A DNA stretch of 63,396 bases, counting the filler, from Olpidium bornovanus S191 (taxonomy: Eukaryota; Fungi; Olpidiomycota), in assembly GCA_017911155.1 (NCBI GenBank). It is 30 parts of 30 records of this genome, joined end to end, with 100 filler letters (N's around TTAATTAATTAA, not from the genome) between each part and the next. Parts side by side here need not be neighbours in the genome. Positions count along the whole stretch, not along the records: positions 11,831 to 13,578 come from JAEFCI010003264.1; positions 13,679 to 15,489 come from JAEFCI010011527.1; positions 15,590 to 16,900 come from JAEFCI010011134.1; positions 17,001 to 18,101 come from JAEFCI010008975.1; positions 18,202 to 19,388 come from JAEFCI010002493.1; positions 19,489 to 21,155 come from JAEFCI010000296.1; positions 21,256 to 23,975 come from JAEFCI010002580.1; positions 24,076 to 25,639 come from JAEFCI010011525.1; 22 more parts are not named here. One strand, given 5' to 3'. This document shows positions 13,055 to 24,725 of the stretch, piece by piece. Below the pieces are notes generated by a model. The model made no database searches, was not told the DNA's origin, and saw only the letters and a program-made list of their open reading frames with translations. Numbering within the stretch: position 1 is the first letter of the stretch; every line of letters starts with the position of its first letter. Position numbers and translations under genes: made by a program.

Positions 13055-13472
13055 TCAGGACTTAAATCCGATTCCGCACTGCTTGACCCTGCGCGCGGCC
13101 ATGCCGCTCTCAAATTGCTTCTGCAGATCGTCCTGGATGCGCTTGTTTACCGCCGGGTTGATCGTCGAAGCGCGCATCTCGCGGCGGTCACTGGCTTCAT
13201 CGAAAAGGTGGAAACTGCAATCGAGACCAGGCAGTTTGCTTACCGTGAGGCCCGGTCGGCTGGAAGAGGGTGGGAGGAGGCGCCACAAATAACGTAAAAG
13301 ATGTTAACAGGAGACCTTTGCCAAGTTCGCCCTTCAGCTTTTTGGTCGCATTTTGTTGACGGTGCTTTTGTAATTCCTGGTGCGTGAGGTTTCCGGCAGG
13401 CGCGACGGGATCGTTTGTGTTGCGTGATAGTGGCATAGCATTCACAAACACTTTGGTCATGCACAATGCCAA
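13055..13472 (-). CDS. Small acidic protein (SMAP/C11orf58-like) domain protein, C-terminal part
   Basis: Splicing through a 16-nt exon (13259..13244) gives GELGKADRASRFHLF...NKRIQDDLQKQFESGMAARRVKQCGIGFKS*. This resembles SMAP DLGNEERKQKF...KINEELESQY...RHCGLGF. Confidence 0.6.
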
Positions 13473-13889
13473 CAGGCTCTCCCAATTTTTTGATGTGTGG
13501 GCGGAATCACCCGGTGTGTGATACGAAGTTAGGAAAAGATCTGGTGCGTAGACTTGTCCGTAGCCGTGTTGGCCTCACNNNNNNNNNNNNNNNNNNNNNN
13601 NNNNNNNNNNNNNNNNNNNNNNTTAATTAATTAANNNNNNNNNNNNNNNNNNNNNNNNNNNNNNNNNNNNNNNNNNNNCCTGCCGTACATGTCATAATAA
13701 ACATGTCATGCAGTGCGTGGATGCGTCCTCTCCCCCGGCCGCCGGCGGCAACCAACCGCCCCCCGCATTCCCTGCCTTTTCCGCTCCTGCCCCGCTTCCT
13801 TCTCCGGACCCCGCACTCCCTCTTCCCGCCACCACTCGTAGTTAAGCTCGTTGACGCGAACGGAGAAACAGAAAGAGCAAACTGCGAAG

Positions 13890-15489
13890 ATGTACCGCGC
13901 GAATATAACCGCAGCTGCCGCGGCTGCCGGGAGAAGGGCCTCCTGCGCGGCACCGGTTCGTCCTGCCGCCGCCGCCGCCGCCCGTCGCGGGAACACGTTT
14001 TGGCGTGGGATCGCCGCCGCGTCGACAGTATGCCATTCCAGGTAAACGCGGGCGCCCGAAGGCAGGCAGCCTGTTAGCCAGGCAGGATACTGACGGGTCT
14101 TGCCGTTTTGCGCCCTGCAGGATGGCGTTGGCACGCGACCGCCCAGCTCTTGGCAAAAAAATTGCCGCGACGCCGCGCGACGTCATCCGCAGCTACAGCG
14201 CGAAGTGTACGTCGGTCTTCGGAAATTAACGGATGATGCCGCGTAGCGCGAGTCCGCGGACATTTCAGGAGGAACGAAACGAGCTGAACGGTTCTGCGTG
14301 CACGCGGCAGTTGCTTTTGTGAACTATATCTAACTTGAAAAATGCGTTCGACGTCCCCAGCCCTGCCGCCGAACATTGTTATAACGATGCCGGCGCTTTC
14401 GCCCACTATGACGCAAGGGAACATTGGCACGTGGCACAAGAAGATAGGTGACAAGGTCTCCGCTGGCGATGTTTTGGTCGAAATCGAGACCGACAAGGCG
14501 CAGATGGACTTTGAATGTCAGGACGAAGGTTACCTCGCCAAAATTCTTGCGGAGACCGGAACGAAAGATGTCCCTATCAACAGGGTCAGTTTGAAACATC
14601 CCGCCTATTATATGGCCAAAAATTAACCGTGGAAGTCGTTTCTGGCAGTGCTTTAGTGCTGACTTCCACCCCCCACCCCCCCTGAAAATATAATACGTAG
14701 CCCATTGCTGTATTTGTTGATGAGGCTGCGGACATAGCGAAGGTAGCCGACTTTGTGCCAGAGGAAGCTGAAGGCGTTGCTCCGGTCCCATCGAAATCGA
14801 AGCCGATTGCGGACGTCAAGCAAGAAACTCAGAAAGTGGAGGCTCCTTCGTTTGTTGCCACCTCCTCTGGGCCACGGGAGGCGAGTAGCCGGAAAATTGC
14901 CAGCCCGCTTGCGAAAGTCTGTTTTACAATTGGACGCTCTGCATTGGTTGCAAAATTTTAATGACATATGCTGAGCGATTCCGGGTTTGCCTTCGTCAGG
15001 TTCTCGCGGCGCAAAAGGGCATCAATATAAACGATGTCGAGGGTAGCGGACCGAACGGTCGAGTAATCAAGGCCGACATTGAACAGTTCGAGCCGTCCTC
15101 GAAGGCTAAATCGGCGAAAGCAGCTGCGCCTGAAGTTACCGCCGCGTATACCGATGTTCCACTTACAAACATGCGCAAGGTCATTGCACAACGTCTCACA
15201 CAAAGTAAGCAGGAAGTCCCGCATTACTATCTGACCGTTGAGATCGAAATGGACAAGATTTTGAAGTGCGTCCTTTTCTTCGCTCGCATTACTTGGCGTT
15301 TGGCTTTCGTTTTGCATGCGTGAACCGCATCCTGTTTGAATCAACCTTCATTCGCATGATTGCGTTCACATGATCAGGCTTCGTGAGGTTTTAAATCGCG
15401 ACGCCAGAAATGGAGCTCCCAAGCTTTCCGTCAACGACTTTGTCGTCAAGGCTTCTGCCCTCGCCTTGAAGGCCGTTCCTGAAGCGAAC
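13890..15489 (+). CDS. LAT1: Pyruvate dehydrogenase E2 (dihydrolipoamide acetyltransferase), 3' partial
   Basis: Mitochondrial presequence; lipoyl domain [14 protein letters not shown]...[12 protein letters not shown]; E3-binding region ASPLAK...[13 protein letters not shown]; catalytic start [21 protein letters not shown]...[10 protein letters not shown]. Confidence 0.96.
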
Positions 15490-16439
15490 NNNNNNNNNNN
15501 NNNNNNNNNNNNNNNNNNNNNNNNNNNNNNNNNTTAATTAATTAANNNNNNNNNNNNNNNNNNNNNNNNNNNNNNNNNNNNNNNNNNNNCGGCGGAAGGG
15601 GGCTGTACGGTGGAGCTGCCATCGCCGAGCGGCCGAGCGCGCCTTCGTGCAGAGAGGCTCTGCAGAGAGACGAAAAGGAGCGGGGGCGTTCGTTTTTTCC
15701 CTCGCTTCGAACCCCGCCGCGGCGCCGCTGTCCCCGGTCTACTTCCTCGCGACAAACCGCCCACGCGCGCCGCACAAAAGATCCTGACCCCTTCTTTCCT
15801 TTTATCCGCTTCTTCCCTTTTTCACCCCCCGCGCACGCCACACACGCCAAGGGCACACCGGCCAAAACGGAGACCATCAAGAATTCTGGGCCGAGCAGGT
15901 GAAGCGGGCCTTTTTTTCGGGATGCACGGGGCTACGGGCCGCCATAAACGTTCTTCGTGTGCGGCGCGCCGCACTCCAGCCTGCGCCACCGCCGCAAGTC
16001 GCGCGTTATAGCCAAAACGGCATTCAGGCATGATATGCTCCTCTGGAATCAACAAGAAAACATCTTCTCTAGGTGGAAATAAAACATGTACTGGGCCTTT
16101 ATATGATGCATAATGCTCCTGGCATGAGGAAATCGAAAGGAAATCCGCCGCGTTGATGACAACACCTACCGCTGGACACTCTTGCTCGTGGAAGTGACCG
16201 TCATGTGAGCAGCAGCCTCAGGTCTGGGGGAAGGAGAAACGAGACAACACACTGGATGAAGGCATCAACTGATGATGTATAGATAGCGCTTTACGAATAT
16301 TCAGCGGCGTTCAAGAAGAAGCACAGGTTCACGTATTAATGTCGTTAGTGTTGTCGTGTTGCTGTGTCAATAATGCGCGGGAAGTAAGGAAGAGGAAAAA
16401 ACCTCCGCCTGTTCCCGTGCCGCACGCTGTTGTCCGCCG

Positions 16440-16478
<39 letters not shown>

Positions 16479-17412
16479 AAAAACAAAAGAAAAGAAAAGG
16501 AAAAATGCGGGGGTGGATGGGGCGGGAGTCCCGCGGTTTTCGCTTCTCTTTTTTTTTTTTTTTCTCGGCCGGAAGAAAATTGGTCGACTTTACCGCTGCC
16601 TTTGCGATTGTTTTTCCCCGGTCCCTCTTTCTCGCGGGTTCGCCCCCCCGCGGAACCACAACGTAACCGCCCGCGGAGGAGGGAGCAACACGGCCGCCCG
16701 TCAACGTTCGCCGCCCGCACCAGAGATCGCAGGTCACCGCCCGCGGCTGCGGCTTAGGGGGGGGGGTGGGGGGTGGGCGAGGCCGCGCCCGCCGAGACGC
16801 CGCGCCGTGCCGCCGCCGGCGCTCCTGCGACGCCCGCACCGGCAGACCCGGGGGGGGGGGGAAGGGGGTGTGGGAGTGGGGGGGGGGGATTGCGACGCCC
16901 NNNNNNNNNNNNNNNNNNNNNNNNNNNNNNNNNNNNNNNNNNNNTTAATTAATTAANNNNNNNNNNNNNNNNNNNNNNNNNNNNNNNNNNNNNNNNNNNN
17001 CCTCACGGACCTCCAGAATCCTGTACTCCACGTACACCAGACCCAGATCCAGAGCTAGACGGCGAATACAATTAATCTCCAGGCAGTGCTACGCGCAGAT
17101 TACGTAGTTCGCACGTTACATCGGTCACAAGCCCGGATAAAAGCAGAGTGGCCGGGAATGTTTCGAGCTTTCTTACATCCCAGTTGCCGATTCCATAACA
17201 GCATCCCCAGGTTTCCAGTTCTCATACACAAAATGAGGTAAGATGTCAAATAGCAGGAATTATATCTACGTTGTTTACATTCCCACTAACCTTTAACTGT
17301 AGCTTGGTTTCTTAACATCTGCTTGTGCTTTTTGTAGGATTCTAGCTTTTTTCAACACAAAAACACTCATCGGTCTGCAACACGAAGCCGTCCGTCGATC
17401 AATAACGGTCTT

Positions 17413-17496
17413 ATTGAACCGTCCATTGAACCGTCCATTGAACCGTCCATTGAACCGTCCATTGAACCGTCCATTGAACCGTCCATTGAACCGTCC
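17413..17496. repeat. Perfect 12-bp minisatellite (ATTGAACCGTCC)x7
   Basis: Seven identical copies counted directly. Confidence 0.95.
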
Positions 17497-17498
17497 AT

Positions 17499-17725
17499 CG
17501 AGCGGCCGGTGACAGGCCAGTGAGGGGCCGGTGTGCGGCCGGTGAGCGGCAGCGTCGGCCGCGGCGATGAGCAGCCGGTGAGCGGCCGGTGAGCGGCCGG
17601 GGAACGGCGGTGGCGGCGACGGCGGCCGCCAGTGAGCGGCGGCTGGAGAGAGGGGCAGCGGCGATGAGCGGCCGGTGAGCTGCGGCTGGGAAGAGGGGCA
17701 GCGGCCGGTGAGTGGTGGCGGCGAT
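17499..17725. repeat. Degenerate GC-rich repeats of GCGGCCGGTGA
   Basis: Several gagcggccggtga-like units directly follow the 12-bp array. Confidence 0.6.
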
Positions 17726-18201
17726 GAGCCGCTGTCGGCGGTAAAACCGACGCCGCAAGCAGATCGAGTCCAAGCGGCAGGGAAGGCAGGGTCGGCTTCG
17801 GGCCCGCAGGGGGCTCTGGGCGATCCGGTTGATAGGCGGGCTTGCGCGTCGCACTCAGATCGACGTCGACAGCTCTACGACGCGGCCTCGAACTCCTCCG
17901 CAGCCGGCGCCGCGCGAAAGGACGAGAAAAGAAAGAAAACAGAGAGCAGCCGACGCTGCTGGACCCGTAGCGGCGGCCGACGCCTCTGCTCGAACGGGAC
18001 CGAAGGGGAATACGACGCTCGAATAAGCCTGACGGCTTTGTTTATTTTGAAGCGAACGGATCAGCTATGGTAGAGTTTGGGTGGTTTTGCGTTGCGTTTG
18101 ANNNNNNNNNNNNNNNNNNNNNNNNNNNNNNNNNNNNNNNNNNNNTTAATTAATTAANNNNNNNNNNNNNNNNNNNNNNNNNNNNNNNNNNNNNNNNNNN
18201 N

Positions 18202-19388
18202 CATGCACCAGGCAATTGTCAAGGTGAGCATCGGCAAAGGGCACATCGGCCCAGACAAACTACGAGCGCGGCATCAACCGAGGGTTCAATCTCAAGGGTC
18301 CGTACCTTGAACGCTTACGACTCGGGCATAGTCGCCGACAGCAAAACGGGAGCGGCGTCACTGAGCCCACGGTGCACTCTTTGTCAGCCCCGACGTTGAC
18401 CGCGGCGTCTATATTAACAACCGACTGCCGCGGTTCCTCGGACCAGGCTCAACCAAGCGGTGTGGGCGCCACCTCCTGGTCGGCAGGGTCAAGGCGGCAC
18501 CCCATTCAGCCTACGGTACGACTCGATGTTCCGCAGGTGTAGCATCAGTTGGACAACCAACGTGTGACAGCGCGGGGCACCGTTTCCGCCCGAGGTAGCC
18601 CCTGAGATCCTCTGCGACACCGGGCCATGTTCACTGCGGGCGCGCCGGTGAATTCTCCGCCGAGCTGTTTGCCGCCACAGGAAACACCTGTGCCGTCAAA
18701 CCCGGCGCGCGCAAGCAACGGACGTGCTTCGACTTCAATCGACGCGTCACGGTCGACGTCTACTCTTTCCTGGTCTAGAAAGGCTGACGACCATGCAGCG
18801 GCAGATTGCTCGGCTGCAAAAGCGTCAGCCGGAGCAGGAGATGGAAGCGGAACCGGAGCCAGCGAAAGGCAGCGCCACGAGGAGATGCAGACGGCCGAGG
18901 AAAAAGGCGCAGGGAAAGAAATGGCGAGCGCGAAAGGCCAACCATTGACAAGCGCCTCAGCGCCCGTCACGATCGTGTGGAAGCAATCGTCCGGGGGGCG
19001 CACAAACGCCGTTGCCAACCATTGCATCAGGGAGCACGACCCCATCGTGCTGCCTGAGTTCTGATAACAAAGATGGTGCGGAAGCGACGGACGCAGGTAA
19101 AGCTGCCACTGCTGATGGGGAACGCGCTCGACGGGAAAAAACCACCCCGAGACGGGACGCTTTCGTTGCAACAAGACGACGCGGAAGGCAATGTAGAACG
19201 TCTCGCACTTTACGTTCCGGCAACGCCTCATTGCGAAGGCGGTCGCGGACACTCAGAAGCGCATGAGCATGGTGATCACGACGGAGGAAAAAACAACGAA
19301 GCAATGCCCGTACTGCAAATCCGTCCGCCACAAGATTGGCTGCAGCAAGACCTTCAAGTGTGACAGTTGTGGTTTTGTTTTGACGTTA
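18202..19388 (+). pseudogene. Fanzor2 / TnpB (IS200/IS605 OrfB)-like RNA-guided nuclease relic
   Basis: Stitched across frameshifts: TNYERGINRGFNLK; FSLRYD; TCAVKPGARKQRTCFD (RuvC-I, D site reads K, 18689-18706); VEAIVRGAH/NAVANHCIREHDPIVLPEF/ITKMVRK; KTTRKAM*NVSHFTFRQRLIAKA; ITTEEKTTKQCPYC...IGCSKTFKCDSCGFV (zinc ribbon). The contig ends GAC-GTT-A (D-V-N of RuvC-III) in a shifted frame. Confidence 0.8.
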
Positions 19389-19803
19389 NNNNNNNNNNNN
19401 NNNNNNNNNNNNNNNNNNNNNNNNNNNNNNNNTTAATTAATTAANNNNNNNNNNNNNNNNNNNNNNNNNNNNNNNNNNNNNNNNNNNNCATGAATTTTTT
19501 TTTAATGTGGGTTTGGCTTATCAAACCTGTACATCCACTGTGTAGATTATATCGCGCCGTCCCAGGTACTACCCACACAGCATTCGCCGGCGGCTGCCGC
19601 ATCCGTGCTCGGCTTCTCGGCCAACTCCCACCCCAGGCTTACCGCCTCCTCCCCGCTTCGCCGACCCGGGGCCGCCGGACCCGCGGCGGCGCTGCCCCTT
19701 CTGCGAGGGCGACGGAGGGGAAAAGGGGCGGCGGCGGAGGCGGGCTCGGGAGGCAGACGGCTTTTGCAGGGCGGCGGGAAAGACCGGGCTTCGGAAAAGG
19801 GAG

Positions 19804-21084
19804 ATGATGCGCTTGACGCACCGCTTCACGTGGCCGCTGTCCGTGGCGGACGCGGGCCGGCCGCGGGCCGGCCACCTGCGCCTGGTGTTCTGCGCCTCCG
19901 CCGCCGCCTTTGCGACACTGCTCGCCTTCAATTATTTCCGCCAGCCGCTGCCGACGGGACCGCCTCTGGTCACCATCGTCGATGCCGACCAACCGCTCAG
20001 GTGCGTCCAGGGGCTCAAGAACGCCGCGGCCCGGAACCTGGCGGTCGACCCGGCGCTTCGTGACGCGATCACGCTCTTGGCCGACACCTTCGACTACGGG
20101 CAGGCGTCCGCGTTCCGGGCGGAGCTGAACGCGACGATGCACCTGGTCACTGCCGAGGACGTGCGCCGGAGCGTGGAGGCGTCCGGCAGCCCTTGTTCCG
20201 GCGGCGGCCTCCCGCGCCTGGCCGTGTGCTCCCTCGCCTCCTCCTCGGCGCCGTACGTGCAGGAGTGGATCGCGCACAACATCCTCCTGGGGGCGACCAA
20301 GCTCGTGCTCTACGATAACGACGACCCCGCCTCCACGCCGTCCCTGGAGTTCCGCCGCGCGGTACGCCCCTTCGCGGAGGCCGGATACGTCCACGTTGTG
20401 GACTGGTATTTCCAGCCCACGGAGCGTGACAGGGACACCTTCCGGCAGGTCGAGGCCCAGAACCACTGCCTGGATATGCACAGGTCCGACGTGGACTGGA
20501 TCGCCTTCATCGACCTCGACGAGTACATCGTCCTCCACCAGCCTCCAATGCAGACCGCATGCCTGACGCAGGTCCTCGCTGGCCACCGCGACGAAGTGGG
20601 TTTTGTCGTCCCTTGGCGGGACTTTGGCCCGGTGGGCGTAGCTCGCCACGACCACCGCAGGACCTCGCTGGAGCAGTATCGCTGGGCGGAGATCTCGCCG
20701 CATAATGCGTCCGTCGAGGGGAAGTCCATCGTGAACACCCGTTACGTCAAGAAAATGATCCATCCCCACTTCGCGTCGTACCCCCCGTTTCGCTACGCCG
20801 TCGACGCGCTCGGAAATCCGGCGAACGAACACATTTCGTTCCGGCCGAAAGGCTGGGTGGGTTACTGGAACCCGCACGCCAACGTCGAGCTCCGGCACTT
20901 CTGGGGCCGGGACGTGAAGTTCACGTTATCCGATAAAGTCTGCAGCTTTTCCTACGAGAGAGACATGTTCTCGGACATCCGCGCCGCAAAAGCTGTCCGG
21001 CTCCTCAACTCTAGACAACTCGTGCGCGACCCGGATCTCATGGAGCACCACCAGGTGGCGCTCGAGCAGTTTCTCTGGGGGTGA
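19804..21084 (+). CDS. Glycosyltransferase family 92 / DUF23 (GT-A fold), type II membrane, intronless, 426 aa
   Basis: N-terminal TM segment LVFCASAAAFATLLAFNYF; motifs LAVCSL...PYVQEWIAHNILLGATKLVLYDN, Q..AQNHCL, DWIAFIDLDEYI (DxD), KSIV. Confidence 0.8.
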   Translation: MMRLTHRFTWPLSVADAGRPRAGHLRLVFCASAAAFATLLAFNYFRQPLPTGPPLVTIVDADQPLRCVQGLKNAAARNLAVDPALRDAITLLADTFDYGQASAFRAELNATMHLVTAEDVRRSVEASGSPCSGGGLPRLAVCSLASSSAPYVQEWIAHNILLGATKLVLYDNDDPASTPSLEFRRAVRPFAEAGYVHVVDWYFQPTERDRDTFRQVEAQNHCLDMHRSDVDWIAFIDLDEYIVLHQPPMQTACLTQVLAGHRDEVGFVVPWRDFGPVGVARHDHRRTSLEQYRWAEISPHNASVEGKSIVNTRYVKKMIHPHFASYPPFRYAVDALGNPANEHISFRPKGWVGYWNPHANVELRHFWGRDVKFTLSDKVCSFSYERDMFSDIRAAKAVRLLNSRQLVRDPDLMEHHQVALEQFLWG

Positions 21085-21307
21085 TAACGACGAACAGTGA
21101 AATATAATGATGTGAAAACACTGTAGAATTCTGTACAGATTAACTTCCACCCTCCNNNNNNNNNNNNNNNNNNNNNNNNNNNNNNNNNNNNNNNNNNNNT
21201 TAATTAATTAANNNNNNNNNNNNNNNNNNNNNNNNNNNNNNNNNNNNNNNNNNNNCATGAAAACGCCGCAATCTATTCTGATCACTGCTCCGTGAGCAGT
21301 TTGCTTT

Positions 21308-21455
21308 GGTGCGTTTCCTTATCGAGCTAAAGAGCGCCCTAGGAATCGCGGGAGGACGGTGCGTTCTCTAATCGAGAAAGAGCGCACTAGGAATCGCGGG
21401 AGGGCGGTGCGTTCTCTAATTGGGCGAAAAAGCGCACTAGAAATTGCGGGAGGGT
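21308..21455. repeat. Three imperfect 48-50 bp tandem repeats, each with an internal inverted repeat
   Basis: Units start GGTGCGTT at 21308, 21358 and 21406; GTGCGTTCT can pair with AGAGCGCAC within a unit. Confidence 0.85.
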
Positions 21456-23136
21456 AGGGTTAATGTAAAAAGTTTTAAAAAAAGACGCTTGCCCAAGAGG
21501 TGCAAGCAGAAGGATGCGCGCCGGAAAGGAGGAAGGGACGGGGCGCGCAGGAGGAGACGGATTTTCCTGTCGGGAGAGCGTAAATATGCTTCCTTTTCCT
21601 ATTTACTGTATTTGGAGGTTTGGTGAGATACACGCAAAGAAAAATGACAACCACGTGATGTGTGCCGCTGTTCCTAATTTAGCATGCTTTTTCTGCTAGC
21701 TTTTGATTGACATTTATGTCTGGGTACTTGTCCGGTGAATTTATGGTGTGGGGAAAGTAGCAATCAAAAAGACTTTCCACACGTAAGAACGTTTTACAAG
21801 TGACCAAGAACGTACTGTTTTGCTTGGCAGAGCCAATAGTCGATGACGCTTTGAATTGTGGTTGCACTTCATGCTAACTGATCGCTTTGGGCACGGCCTT
21901 TTCATGTTCCAGGACGAAGTCTCGTAATGGGTTTTGGCTTCGGATCGCAAGAAGGCCTTGGCCGGGTTACGAATGACTTACTCCCCAAGATTCATTTTAC
22001 CGTGTTTTGCGTGGCGTCTGTGACCGTCCATGACTTTGACGAGTGAGCCTTGTGGTGAATCCGAAGCACGGCCAAAGCCAAGAAGATAAGAGCTGCTGTC
22101 GAGTTCTGGTGGGTTCGGCAGATTTGGCGAGGCTTTCGGAGTAGGAATTGGTCGCGACGTGAGATTCTTGACGACAAGGGACAGCAGCCAGCTTCCGTTC
22201 GTCGGTGTTCACCTGGTTGCAGCGGGGTTTTTGTAGCTGGCCTATCGAGATGATAACAGAGAACCACGGTTGGTCCCGTCCCAGGGACATTTCGCGATCA
22301 TCCTTTGCCCCTCCTTGCAGTTGCGGCACGCTTGCGGCGTGCGGCAAACAGCGCTTTCGCGCGCAATTCCGGGAGGAGTCTGCCTCGAACCAATGGCTCT
22401 GCGCGGTCCGTCGCCGCAACAAACCCCGTTAACCGACGCCTGCAACGGCCCTGTCCGCAAATCCGGTGTGGACGGCCACGACGGGGTCTACACAGTGCGG
22501 CGCCGTCTGAACCTTTTGGGGTCGGAGAGCCGACGCCGGCGTCGGCTGCGCGTTACGCGCGAGCCAGTTGACGACCGTCGCAACGTTATGGGCCGCTGGT
22601 CTGACCGTTGGGCTGAGTGCATCCGCGGAACAATCCCGGAACGTTCGACGCCTCGGTCGCCGCCGCTGTCGCTAGTCGCTTCTGCCACCCCCTAGCTCTC
22701 TGCTCAACAACGTCACGCTTTTGGCCGCATACAACGGCAGCACGCTGACAGCCGGCGACGACGCGTCTGCTGTTTGCGAGGACGGAACACGGCGGCAACG
22801 GCGGAAACGCGTTGGCAAGTCGCCGCCGCTTGCCGCCCGTTCGAGATGGGTCGAGTTGCCAAGCAACCGACGGGCTTCGCGCTGACCAGACAAAACCGCG
22901 CGGTTGCCACGCGCTGCACCGTGCAGCACAACGCGCACCCTGCCATGCGAGTGGGTGCGGCAGGCGCGCGAAAAAGGGAAGCCCGCGGTTGCCCCCCCCC
23001 GCCGCGTCCGACGTGCTGCACGACGCGCCCTGCACGACCTGCCGCCAGAAGCACGAGCACCGTCGTCCCCCTGCGACGCTGAGGACGCCGAGCTGCCGCA
23101 CGACCTTATAATCGGCTGACCGAACTTGCCTCAGAT

Positions 23137-23975
23137 ATGGAGACTTCGACTGCGCCCGGCACTGATGCACTCCACCCCGCAGCGACAACGGCCGATCCCG
23201 AGGCAGCAGCTGGCGGCGCTCATCGAGGCGCCGCCGGGGGGGCCGCCGATGACTTTGACTTTGACAGCTACAACGATGCGGCGCTGGTCAGGGCGCTCAA
23301 GGACCTGGAGAAGAAAAACTCATTCTTCGAACTTGAGAACCGGCTGTTCCACTCGTATCTGAATCGGGTCGCCCCTCACGCGCTGAAGGGCGAAGACGAG
23401 GCTGACGAGAAAGCGGCCGCCGCAGCAGCTCCTGGAGGCACGGGCGCATCCGCCCCGGGCGTCCGGCACGCCGAGAAGGAGGGCCGGGCAAAGAAGAAGC
23501 GGGGCGACAAAAGCAAGGAGCAAGAAAAACCCGTTTTCCTCACCACGGACCAGAAGAGCGAGGTCGCCACCCGGGAGCTCGAGGAGCTCAGAGACGAAAT
23601 CGAGAAGCAGAAGGCGGATTGGGAGAAGATTATGGACAACCTCAAGGTCGACACGTGCGCACGCGTTTCGTACTGTGGTGGGGGGAAGGGGTGAATTAAT
23701 TATGTAGAGGTTGTGACCGATCGCGGTCAATCCCGTTCTCGTTTTTAGGCCGAGTTAGAAGAAATTGAGCTTCGAAACGGAGAAATCAGGAAAGCCATGT
23801 ACGAGTTCCGGCGAGACATTGTCCAGCAGGCAGTGAACCCGAGAACGGGTAAGATCATGGCGGAACGCGTCGTGAGGTACTACGAAGACACCATTCGGGC
23901 AAAGGTCAGTTCACAGACTTTGGACACAGATGTCCGACGGCTGAATGCTGACACTGACGTGTTTCGCATCAAGGA
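23137..23975 (+). CDS. CCDC113: Cilia- and flagella-associated protein CFAP263/CCDC113, 3' partial
   Basis: KNSFFELENRLFHSYL...LTTDQKSEVATRELEELRDEI...AELEEIELRNGEIRKAMYEFRRDIV...KIMAERVVRYYED. GT-AG introns follow 23646 and 23904. Confidence 0.8.
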
Positions 23976-24725
23976 NNNNNNNNNNNNNNNNNNNNNNNNN
24001 NNNNNNNNNNNNNNNNNNNTTAATTAATTAANNNNNNNNNNNNNNNNNNNNNNNNNNNNNNNNNNNNNNNNNNNNAGGGATGGTCGGAGTAGGACCCGTC
24101 AAGGCTGTGAGCAAGCAGGGTCAGACGTAAAACCGCCAAGGGGCAACAGGGCGGAAGGGAAAAGTCATATATTTCATAGTTTTTCGGGCTGACATGGGCA
24201 GTGGCGCGCCCAGTGAGGAGGGGTGTAGAATAAAGGGGGCACTGAGCGCACCCGCCCGCGTTACCCCTGCGTAGATTCTTTAGTCGCCGCCATATAAAAT
24301 AGAGCCAGGGGAAACTAGTAAACAAACACAGCGAATACAGTTCTCCTTTCTTCGCCTTCTTCTTCGACTCGGCTCCAACAGTTTAAACGCCACAGGCGGG
24401 GCGGGTCACGTACGCCAGGCTGGTTCCGGAACGGGGGGAGCTCGCGGCGAACAACGAAGAGAAGTCAGAGAACGAACGACAAAAAAAAGACCAGGGCCGG
24501 ATACCGTCCGGTGCGGCAACGCAGCCGCGCGGCAGCTCTAGTGGTATGGTTAGGTTACAACACGATTGCGCGGGCCTCTTCTCGCACACAAAGCAGACGG
24601 AAAAAAAAATATGATTTGAGAAAAAAGGAGGGCGGAGCTGGGGGAGGAGGGCGGGAGATATGCTTGTTGCGTTGAGAGCGGGACGTGAAGAAGGACACTG
24701 TACAATAAAAGGCTAACAAATTTGT

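Noticed and set aside
19639-20898. Long antisense ORFs opposite GC-rich genes (also 6432-7451, 47616-48353, 61168-61884)
   Set aside because: Shadow ORFs caused by high GC3 codon usage on the coding strand.
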